From NCBI GenBank assembly GCA_030704615.1, contig CM060732.1, positions 81,034,001-81,098,000 of the forward strand: a stretch of DNA of 64,000 bases, read 5' to 3'. This stretch comes from Takakia lepidozioides. Taxonomy: Eukaryota; Plantae; Bryophyta. The position numbers were made by a program, and so were the translations under genes. The notes under the pieces are model-generated. The model had not been told where the DNA came from and searched no databases. It saw nothing but the letters and a program-made list of their open reading frames with translations. Within the stretch, counting starts at the first letter, position 1. Each line of letters starts with the position of its first letter. This document shows, one piece after another, positions 24,076 through 36,000 of the stretch.

Positions 24076-27000
24076 ATGCGGCCAAATAAGTCAGTGGGGC
24101 CGCCTAGCCCCGAGACAAGGGCCTCTCTCAGAGACAGGAGGGAGATGGCACCGGCCGCCAGCTTTGTTGCTGGTGAGAGTGCAGAGGGCAGCGGAGAATT
24201 GTTGAAAGATGTGGACGAGAGGCAGGATCTGTCGACTACTGGGTTGGCTGCGGAGGGAGCCGTCGGCAGGAGCTCAAGAGTGGTGACTCGGGGCATGGAG
24301 AAAGGCTGGACTCTTGGGGATGAAGCTTTTGCAGGAGCAGAGGCTAGGCATGCTGTCTTGGACAAGGAAGTCAAATTACCCAATATGAACACAGAGAACG
24401 CTAAGAAGGCTAAAAAGACAAGGGAGAGTGAAATTGGTAGGGTGAGGAAACCACAGAAGGAGGCTGATGAGGAAGCTGTGGCAGCAGCACCTGTCATGCC
24501 AGGGCGAATTACAAGAGGTATGAAGGAGAGGGGGATTGAGAATCTGGGGGACTTAGTGGATGAAGGTCCGAATCATAGTTCAATGCATGATCAATCCGGG
24601 GTTGCAGGGAGGGCAAAACAGAAGAGATCTCTGGAAGGAGGGCACGCAGGAAAGATAAAGACAAAGGATGGTGATTCTGGCTCAACAGGGCATGGGGAAA
24701 GGAAGAAGGGTCACAAAGGGTTAGAGGTATGTTCATCAGAAATGGACAAGGAAGAGAGAGGTACCAAAATTCCAATGTTGGTGGGACGAATCACCAGAGG
24801 TATGAAACAGGGAGGGAAGAAGGCTCAAAAGGGTTTAGAGGGGGGTTCAACAGAAATGGAGACTGACGAGAGAGGTGCTGTATTCGAGACAGTGGTGGGA
24901 CGAATCACTAGAGGTATGAATGGGGAAAAAAAGAAGGCTGACAGGGGTTTAGAGATGGGCTTATCAGAAATGGAGACGAAAGAGAGATGCGCCGGAAATC
25001 CAACAGTAGTGGGACAAATCACCAGAGGTATGAAAGGAGAAATCAAGAAGGCTCACAAGGGCTTAGAGCTGATGTCAGCAGAAATGGAGATGGAAGAGGG
25101 AGGTTCCGTAAATACAACAGTGGTGGGACGAATCACCAGAGGTATGAAAGAAAGAGTTGTGGTCGGGAAAGAAATTGATCCAGCAAAAGCATCGGCGGAG
25201 CTGTGCAAAACTGTGCATATGTTAGCAGATGGGCAGAGGGGGATTGATGATAAGGAGATGGGTCTGGATCAAATTGTTGGACAAGGAGGAAAGCAGGGCG
25301 AGAGATCATCAGCGGAGAGGGATGTAGGGTTTGGTGTTGTTGGGACTAATGAAAAGCGCAGTGCGGGGAGCCCACATGTTGACCGCACAAATGCAATGAG
25401 AGCATCCGTAAGTGAGCCGATACAGGGAGCTGGGTTTAGTGCAGGGGGAGAAGGGATATTGGGTGCTGCAAGGAATGAACTTCATGCTTCAGAGAGGAAA
25501 ACCATGAAAGGGAAGAAAGCCTTAAAAAGAGGGCAGAGTAGTGTCGAGAGCATTTCCACGTTGCAGGAGCAGGAATTTGTGAGTCGGGCAAGGAGACAGA
25601 CTACTTTGGACAGAAACAAGTCTGAAGGGAGTACTGTTGGCTCCCTCACTCTCCCAGGGAATGTACTGGCAGAATCTGATGGAAAGCAACAGAAAAATAT
25701 GCCTGCAAATAGTGAAGAGCAAATTGTCAAAGCTAGTGGAGAGGGATGTTCGGTGAAGGGAGGAAAGAGGCCCAGGATAGATGAACAACAAGGAAGCATT
25801 CAACCTTCAAAAAGCTTATGGCTGAGAGGTGACAGCAAGAATGTCCCAGAGACTGAGGTGAAAATCAAAGCTTCTTTTGTATGTTCTTTGAAGGTCTTTC
25901 CTTTCTTCTTCTGCTCAGAAATGGTTTTTCTTCTGACCAAGAGCTTCTTATGTGCCTTGAATATGGTCTCCTCATTTCTTTTTATTTGATTACCCTTCAC
26001 ATGCAAGTCTGGATTTTGCTCTGCACTTACATGGACATATGTTTGAAGGGCAACAAGAATCATCTGCAAGATGCCACGAAGGAAGTCAAAGAGATGACCT
26101 TGCCCTATCCTCTAAGAGCAAGACCAACTCCCGTAATTTCCCAGAATCCGAACGTCACAGGTTCCAAGAACATTATTGAGACTGAAGGTGGGAAGTTGCC
26201 ATGTGAGGTTGAACCTCCGGCTATTGTTCATAACAAGCTGAAGAGGAAGAGGCCAGATAAGCATGAAGGAAGAGAGGAAACCAAGAGGGAGGTGGCAAGA
26301 AAAGAGGGATATGTTGAAGGATGTTTGGTGACCTCAGAAGGTGATGTTGTGGAGGGAGCTGCTAGGGAGAAAGGAAAGCTTTTAGCTGGGGTAGATGTTG
26401 GGGCAATTCCAAGTAACAATTTGGATTTAGAGCCGACGAAGGAGGTGAAACAAGGTAGTGTGAAAGGGGGGAGAGGCAGAAGCAAGAGAAAAGGGCTGGA
26501 AGTTGAAATCTTTCCGGCTGGCTTAACAAATAGTCCGGAGGAAGTGACGGTAAGGTCTGCAACCCTTCGTTCTGCTAAGAAGAAGGGCAGCCCAGAAATA
26601 GCAAATGTTGGGCAGGTTGTGGAGAGCATGCAAGGAGGGATGGCTGCTATCTCCAAGGGTGATGCTAGTAACAAGGCTGAGGAATTGTTGCGAGGGGATG
26701 CTTTGAGGGATGACACATTGCTAGAGGCCAGGGTTGAGTGCATAGCTGGGGTCATGAACCAATTGAAGAAGACTGTGAGGGAAAATACTTTTGCAGAGAG
26801 TGGAAGCAGTCTGAATGGGTTTGAGAGTGAAGTTCAGGCCATACCAGCAAGTACTGGTGGATCTTTGATTATTGCTGGCACTGTTTTGGATGGAAGAGAG
26901 TGTTTGCAAAATAGTGAGGGAGGTGGTGAAGAGATGAATGAGAGACCAGACATTCCAGCAACAAGAGAGACACAAAGTTTAGATGAAGGTACGTCAAAGA

Positions 27001-30000
27001 TAGAGAAGGATCCACTTCTGATGGGGTCTTTGGTAAGATTGCAAGACGAACCAGCAGATTCTGAAGCACAGATGGATAGTGTTTGTGGAGAAATGGCTGC
27101 TCCAAACCAGCATGTGAATTTGATGGGCAATGTCGTGGAGGACAATCTGGAGACAGTCTCAAAGGAGCTGGAACTTCAGCAGCCTGATTCTGTCTTGATC
27201 AGCATGGAAACCAGTCTTGTGAGGGATGAGAATCTGGAAACAGTATGTAAGGATGAAGGAAAGGTCTGTTTGCAAGACGAGGTGAGTTGTAGGGTGCAGG
27301 AGGAGCTGGCACGGGAACTGGACACTGTGTCTAAGGATGGAGGAGATGTTCAAACAGACATTCTGAACAGTAAGGAAGGGGAGATCACTAACAAAAGGGA
27401 GACTCTTCACAAGGGTTGCAGTGAAGCCTTTGAGAAGGTTTGGGGTGCGGAAAATACTTTTGCAGAGAGTGGAAGTGGTCTGAATGGGTTTGAGAGTGAA
27501 GTTCAGGCTATACCAGCAAGTACTGGTGGATCTTTGATTATTGCTGGCACTGTTTTGGATGGAAGAGAGTGTTTGCAAAATAGTGAGAGAGGTGGTGAAG
27601 AGATGAATGAGAGACCAGACATTCCAGCAACAAGAGAGACGCAAAGTTTAAATGAAGGTACGTCAAAGATAGAGAAGGATCCACTTCTGATGGGGTCTTT
27701 GGTAAGATTGCAAGACGAACCAGCAGATTCTGAAGCACAGATGGATAGTGTTTGTGGAGAAATGGCTGCTCCAAACCAGCATGTGAATTTGATGGGCAAT
27801 GTCGTGGATGAGAAAGAGGAAACCGTCTCAAAGGAGCTGGAACTTCAGAAGCCTGATTCTATCTTGATCAGCATGGAAACCAGTCTTGTGAGGGAGGAGA
27901 ATCTGGAAACAGTATGTAAGGATGAAGGAAAGGTCTGTTTGCAAGACGAGGTGAGTTGTAGGGTGCAGGAGGAGCTGGCACGGGAACTGGACACTGTGTC
28001 TAAGGATGGAGGAGATGTTCAAACAGACATTCTGAACAGTAAGGAAGGGGAGATCACTAACAAAAGGGAGACTCTTCACAAGGGTTGCAGTGAAGCCTTT
28101 GAGAAGGTTTGGGGTGCGGAAAATACTTTTGCAGAGAGTGGAAGTGGTCTGAATGGGTTTGAGAGTGAAGTTCAGGCTATACCAGCAAGTACTGGTGGAT
28201 CTTTGATTATTGCTGGCACTGTTTTGGATGGAAGAGAGTGTTTGCAAAATAGTGAGAGAGGTGGTGAAGAGATGAATGAGAGACCAGACATTCCAGCAAC
28301 AAGAGAGACGCAAAGTTTAAATGAAGGTACGTCAAAGATAGAGAAGGATCCACTTCTGATGGGGTCTTTGGTAAGATTGCAAGACGAACCAGCAGATTCT
28401 GAAGCACAGATGGATAGTGTTTGTGGAGAAATAGCTGCTCCAAACCAGCATGTGAATTTGATGGGCAATGTCGTGGATGAGAAAGAGGAAACCGTCTCAA
28501 AGGAGCTGGAACTTCAGAAGCCTGATTCTATCTTGATCAGCATGGAAACCAGTCTTGTGAGGGAGGAGAATCTGGAAACAGTATGTAAGGATGAAGGAAA
28601 GGTCTGTTTGCAAGACGAGGTGAGTTGTAGGGTGCAGGAGGAGCTGGCACGGGAACTGGACACTGTGTCTAAGGATGGAGGAGATGTTCAAACAGACATT
28701 CTGAACAGTAAGGAAGGGGAGATCACTAACAAAAGGGAGACTCTTCACAAGGGTTGCAGTGAAGCCTTTGAGAAGGTTTGGGGTGCCAGAGAAGAGAGTG
28801 GAGCTTTCCTGGATTGTGAGGGAAAACCTGAGGATGGACTGGTGCACGTAACCCCTCTTAAGGATACTAGAGTGGATTTGAATAAAGTGATTTGCTTCTT
28901 GGAAGAAAAGAAGGCAGGTTGTGAGTTAAATTTGGATGAAAGGTTAGTTTTGATCAATGACAGTGTTCTCATACCAGGACACAGTGAGCCGTCCATCCGT
29001 TCGAGGGTAGCAGCAAAAGTACAGGAAGATATCTGTGAGTCTTTGGGGGAAAAGGGGCCAGGATTGGCTCTGGAAGCAGAAGAGGGAACAGGTCTTCATG
29101 GAGATGACAATATCACTTTTTCATCTGATGTGAGAGATATAAATCTTGGTACAGCTCTGACGCTCACAGCAAAAGAGACACCTCCAGCAGAAAATCAAAG
29201 TAAGGTTGCAACAGGGACAGCAGCTCTATGTGAGCAGACAGCAAATGTTGCCGACCAACACTTGCCAACAGTGGTTGTGCCGGGAGTTCTCTCTCTCATT
29301 ATGAAGGAGGTGGAAGTAGGTCTTGGGGAACCTGAGTCAATTGCAGGGAGAAGAAATCGTGAGCAAAGAGTTGTAGGGGGGAAAGATGAGCTTCTAATGG
29401 CTGGGGTGCCAGGTACCCGCGGTGAGAGAGAGGGGCTCTGTTTGACAGGTGAGAAAGACGTTGTCAAAGCAGAGATTGGGAAGGATGATCTAGTGGCAGC
29501 ACCATTCCACAAACCTGAGGAACAGTCCAATAGGAATACTTCACCCCATAAGCATGCTACATGTCACTCTGCTGAAACAAAACAGGATGAGGTTTGTGAG
29601 GGTGACCAATCTCAGAAGGTAAAACAGGCCCAAAAGTCAAATGAGGATGTGGAGGTGTTCAAAGAACAGCTGATTGTATTGGAGGGAGATTGTTCAGCTC
29701 TGATGGATGTGGGAGGGAGTCTCTTTGAAGATGACAGGACTCCGAAGAAGGTGGAGGTCATTCAGGAAGTGGTGGCTGATTCAAATTGTAGGGAGGTGGG
29801 GCAAGGTTATAAGATATGCAGAGAACCCGTGGTTGTGAGAGAGGGAAGGGAATTGTTTCCAGAGGACATCTCTGAGCAAGACGCAGTTGTTAGGGAAGTA
29901 GGTGACAATTTACAGCAAAACCTGGGCATGATAGAGCTAGAAGTAGATTTGATGAAAGAGGAGCTTAGTACTAGACTTCAGGAGATGCCAACAGGGAAGG

Positions 30001-33000
30001 TGCCAGCCAAGGATCAAGAAGCAATCGAACTTCCAAAAAACTATCCAGGACTGGATACAGATTCAAAGCAACTGGAAAGGGTTGACATCAAAGAGAAAGC
30101 AGGTATGCAGATCCAGGTGGAACTTGTGCACCAAGGGGAACTGAGTAAAAGTGAACAGAGAGAAATTGATGGAGAGCAGGCAGTTTCTTCTATGGAAGCA
30201 GAAGACGTAGCAGAAAAACTGACATTGGAACAGAGAAATTTGTCCCAAAAGGACAGAATGGGAAGTTTTAACAAAGAGAGAGAGACGATGGTCAGGCAAG
30301 ATGGAGATGATGCTCTTGAGGTAGCAGCTGCAGGATTGAAGGTGGGAGGGGGTGCAGCTCTGGAGGGTCACATATTGGGCAAAAACATGACAGAGGATGT
30401 GACCCAGGTGGGGCTCTTACAGAGTTCTAGTGAAGACAATGTCATACCCATCAAATTAAACGACTGTTGTGAAAGAGAGGCCAGTGCAGAGCTGAACTCC
30501 ATGCTTCTGAATGAATCTGTAGATTGTCCCCATTTGGCAGAGGGTCAGATGGACCATAAAATGGGGAAGAATGCTGTCATGGGGGAGCAATGTAAGGAAG
30601 ACACTTCTGTACCTGTCACATTACATGCAAAGGTTGGCATGAAACACAATGCCACTACTACTCTGAATGAGTGCGGAGATGTCCCTGAATGCGGAGATGC
30701 CACTACATTTTGCAACAGAGAAGTTTGTTCAAAGGAAGAGCAAGCCAGTTTCAATATATCAGAGAATATGGCCAAAGAAAAGGAAGGTGGCACCAGAGAG
30801 AAGCATGACACATGTGCTGGTGAAGAGGTGGGTGGAAGGTTTACAGGTGAGAGCTGTAGGGCATATAATGCAATACCCATAACATCCGATGGCTGTCAGC
30901 AAGGGGAAGCTGATACAAAACTGAACTCCACCATGGTTATGAATGAGTCTGATGATGTCCCCAACTGTTCAGAGGGTCAGGTGGACAATGATAGAGCCAT
31001 GGCACAGAAATTGGAAAGTTGTAGCAAAGACAGAGCCATACCCGTCAAATTAGATGGCTGTCAGGGAGGAGAAGCTGGCATGAAGTTGAATGTCATTACC
31101 AACTGCTCCAAAGATATACAGGATTACAGGAAGGACACCAAATGTTCCAATAGCAAAGATCTTTCACAGGGAGAGCAAACGGGTCTCAAGCTAGATGGGG
31201 GAATAATATGTATGGGTGACAGTTGTAGGGAGGATAATGCCTTACCCATGACATTAGAAGGCTATTGGGTAGGAGAGGCTGGCACAAAGCTCAATGTTCT
31301 GAGTATGATTGAGTCTGAAGATGTTCCTGCTTATGGACAGGGTCAGATGGACAGTCAAATGCCCTTTGAATTAGCCGGCTGTCAAGAAGGAGATGAATGT
31401 ATGAAGAGCAAAGCTACTATTGCTGTGAATGACCCAGGAGATGTTACTGAGTGGGGAGCTGCCACCGGATTTGAAGACTGCTTGAAGAAAGATCAATTGG
31501 GTTGCAAGGTTCTAAAGTGTAGAGAAACAAAAGATGGGAGAGATGAGCATGACAGTTTTGCTGGTGAAGTGGGAGGGATTGCGGATGGTGGCTTAAAGTG
31601 TATGGAGGAGGAGGCAACTGTGAAGAGCAACCCATGTGTTTCTAAGGTGGACCAGATAGATCTTACAGAGAACACCAAAAGTACTGAGGTGGGTGTTCTT
31701 AAGAAGGCCAAAATTTCCGAGGAAGGGAAGTCTGCAGCCATGGAGCTGGAAGGGATTTCCAAGAAAGAGATACTAGATGGTAATAAGCATGCTCACTTTG
31801 CTAGACAAATGTACTCTGTTTTGAGGGAGCCAGAGGGAGATACTGTCAAGGAACAAGATGGCATTCACAAAGTAGAGGAGGCTGCTGTTAATGAGCAGGG
31901 AATGACGTCTGAAGTTATTGAGCTGGTAAGTATAGAAGAAGTGTCTGAACAAGAGAAGCTCGAGGTTGAAGGGGACAAATGTTTGACAGAGGAAAATGTG
32001 GTAGAGAGAGGAGGCAGACCCCAGCTGACTGCTTGTGCAGAGGTCCTAGATTCGGAGACACAGTCTATAGTGGAGAGGATGGATGATAGATCCCTCTATT
32101 TCAAAACTGAAGAGCATCAAGGTGATGCTATGAGGGTTGAGTGCACAATGTTCGTGGAAGTTGGACCTGCTGAGGGAGAGCAGGATCTTTTCCCCATATT
32201 GGAGCGAGCAATATTCCAACAGGCAGGGAATTCACAATGTCTGCTTGATAAGATGGAGGACGACATTGATTATATTGCAACTGCCGAAGAGCCACATCCT
32301 TCACAATCCAAATCACAGAAGGGAAATGCATCTGAGAGAGAGGGCTTGCTATTGAACCTCAAAGAGTCTGAGATTGTCTCAGCAGGAGCAGATGGAGTTA
32401 CACCTGCACCATCACCGAGTGAAATGGACACAAAGGCACCTCAGCCTGAGATACACACAATACAGTCTGAGCTTTTACCCAGCACCCCGGTAGCATCGAC
32501 ATATCAAATTGCCCCTTTGATGAAGGAAAGTTCACTCAGCAGTCCAAGAGAAGGAACAGTAGCAGACTCCAACCCTACAGTCATGGGGACTGTGACTGAT
32601 ATTTTTGAGAAAGCAAAGGTTTCCTGGCAGCAAGACAACGAAGAGGTTGTATTGCAGACCTGGGGCCAACATGGAGAAGTTATGAATGGTCAGTGTGTAA
32701 GAGTGCAGGAGGCATTCCTAAAAGTGAAAGCTACAGGAATGGAGGAAGTTGCATCTGCAGAAAACGAAGAAAAATTAGTGGAGAATTCATCAGATATACA
32801 TGATATGGTATCCATGCTCCACAAAGAAGAGGCGATGGCTGCAGCAATACACTCTGACCATTCATCAGCTCTGGGAAAGGAGGTTGAGGCTCCTGTGCAG
32901 ACTTTAAGCATAGATCCAGAGCAAACAGGGGGACTGCAACCAGAAAATGGGGCAGCACTCTCAGAGGCTTTGAAACTAGATAAGCTTACAGATATTGAGC

Positions 33001-36000
33001 ACACAGAGAGCCTAAATGGGAAGGTATTGGAGACGGTGGTAGAGTCTCCTCTTGAGAGGACAGTGGGAGATAAGATGCATGCTGAAACTTTGAGCTTCCA
33101 AGAAGGTATGCTGTTACAGGGGAAAACCCTCAGTCGCCAGCAAATGATGGCCTCCCTGTGTGCAGAGAGTTCCTCTCTCCCAGTTGACCCAAGCATGGAT
33201 CAGCAGTTGTCCCATAGAGAGGTATGCAGTCTTTTCTGCTCTTTCTGGCTTGTCTGTTTCAGCCAGGGTCTACCCTCTCTCTCTCTTACTCATGCGTTCC
33301 CTTTTTTGGGATTGTTGTAAGCAATTCAGCACTCTTGACCTGGTTTTATATATTGCGGTTCAAAGCCTTACAATAGCTCCAGAAAGGCATCCTGCAGGGA
33401 GTATGCCCTTAATGTATTATGGCCAAGGGTTCCAGCTGGTGGCATATCCTTTGTCTTCCTTTCTGATGTGTGTGTGCCTGGCTTCAGCCCGAGAGCAGGT
33501 ATGAATCAATTGCTGAATGTCCAAGCAAAGCATTCTTATCAGAGAGACAAGTTTGGGATGAGGCACATGCACTTATCACACATAAGGAGAATCCTTTGAA
33601 GGAGCAGGAGCTGATGCCCGAAGTGGTAGGCCAAGAAGAGGAGGAAGCTCCTCTGTCAGTGACAAAGAAAAGAAAGCGTATGCTTGCATCCACTCCTGTT
33701 GATTCTGGTGGCCGCCGAATCCGACCTCGCCCTCTTGACACCAACCAACCCATTCCTGTGTTTGTCGAAGGTCGTGATAAGGTGAGAACCTCTCTCTCCT
33801 CTGTGATGTGGGTTTCTTGTTGTTCTACTTTGTCCCATTGTCCCTTGGGGCCCCTGTGCACTGTGTAATTTTCTTTATTTTTCCTTTCTTTGCTTCTCAG
33901 TGTGTAAGGGGGATCTCACAATCTTGAAGGATTCCTTCAGACGTTGGATGGAGAGCATTCCTAAATTATGTAGAGGCGTGTATGGTAATTCAGTCATTTC
34001 TTAATCTACATTAAACATTGTCTGAAGAGATGGCAGGCGTAGTATGGATATTTGCAACCATGCTTGTGTAAATGTAGTCTCTCACTTTCCGTCTTCCCCT
34101 TCAGTCGTGCTCCTGAATTTCAGGATATTAGATGACCCCCCAGGGTGGACAGCAGTCGCTTGCTCTTAACGTCCACTTGACAGCCTCTGGATGGTGGCAG
34201 AGCAGCTGTCACTGCCCATTACTCAAAATTGACACCAACATTTCACTCAGAAGCCTTGGATGGCCTGCCATAATGTGGGAATTGTTGGTTTTTGAAGAAG
34301 GTAGTAGGCAGGAATCCTACCGGAGGAATGTTACATCCCAGTAGTGCATCTTAAAGGCATCAACTGAAATGGTTGATAGCCCACATTTGAGCTTCAGCCG
34401 TTTATCGTATAAGAGCCGAGTATTGATAGGACCAAACATGGGCTGGCAATATTTCACAAGTCTGAGGAGCAGAAGTTTCTTCACGATTTATGTTACTTCG
34501 GCTGTTTTTCAGGAATTGTTGGAGTACGATGCGGGTGTGTTCTGCCGTTTGCTACAGCAACCAGAGGAAGGGACCAGCTTGCAGGGTTCTGGATATGATT
34601 TTTGCATGGCAAAGGACGGTGTTCCTTCCGGAGCAAAAACTGTTTCAGCACACTCAAAAAGAGAATGTAGCATATCTGTTCCATCTTTCAAAATCATTAC
34701 TGGCTATGAAGAGATGCAGCAACAGCTTGAGAAAGGCAAGCAACTACAGGCTGAAATAGAGGAGTTGCAGGCATCTCGATACAATGTATATTCTGAAAAG
34801 CTTCAACCATGGTGACTTTTTACTATTCCATTGAGGGGTTTTGCCAAACATGCTATCTCAGCCTATAGTGTAGAGTCATTGCCAGTGTGATGTATATGTC
34901 AGTATCAATGGCCATGAAGGCCTTAGACCACTGACAGGACCTTACCTGTCATTTGCACTGACAGCTATGGAAACCCTAATATTTTACCCCTCTGGTCATG
35001 TTGGTTTTCTTTCGGCGTGTACTTCGTTGCTGGGTCTTGGCCTAGAGGTTTGTTTCTTTATAGGAAGAAGTGACTTTTGCTGCAGGAAGATTCTATGCAT
35101 CTTTTGTCTCAAGTGAGTGCAGTCTGCTTCTTTGTCTATGTGCCTTCATTGTTACTCAATATGTGTTGGTTTTTTACCTTAATTGTCTCTAAAGCTGTCT
35201 CCTGGCTTCTCCATCTTGTGGAATCGAAGTGTAATCTTAATGAAAAGCGTGGGAGGAGAGTCAGCAGTTTGGAAACTGTGTCACAGTTCAGACTTAATAT
35301 AGTAAAACCAGACTTTTTGTCAACGTATGTGCAAGTTAACCACCCAACCCTGAATCCTCAAGGAGTCTGTGCATCTAGCTAATGCCCTCAGCCTTGCTCA
35401 CCAAGAACAGCCCTGTGGCATTTTTCCCCTAAAGACTCACATCAGGTCCTCCTAAGTACTCCCCCAGGATTCCCCCTTTGCTCTGAGATACCCCTAAGTA
35501 TTTGCTGCTTGCTATTAAAAGGCCTTTGCCGTTCAGCTTCTTTTGCTTAGTCTTTACTCGCTTCAGATCCTACTGTTGTGGTTATTCTATTTCCAGCCTT
35601 GCTTAGTCACTAACCAAGCCTTGCTAAACTTGTCCGTGACAGACTGTATGTCTGCTGCTGGATGAGTTGCATGGGTTTTGACCTGATGCTCTTCACACAC
35701 CTGTCTGCCTGCTTCTTTGGTTGCAGTTGTCTACAGGTTCCTCTTCAAAGGTGCCACCATCCAACTATGACATGGATGATGATGACGAAAAATGGTTGTC
35801 TTCATGGAACCAGCATTCAAAAGAAGCTGGTTTACAGCCACTCTCAGAGGATCAATTTGAACAAATAATTGAGTACCTGGAGAGAGCTTCAGTCCAACTG
35901 ACAGAGGAAAAGCGAGACGCCTTATTTCCACGCTCAAGCTCCATCCCATCAAGCTCTGTCTCCAATCCATTAGGCACATATCCAGTGCAGTCCACTCCCA

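Noticed and set aside
25881-33320. 2479-aa ORF as a standalone gene
   Set aside because: Both ORF ends read into intron-like sequence. Phase-compatible splice sites at 26048 and 33221 make it one exon of the larger PZP gene.
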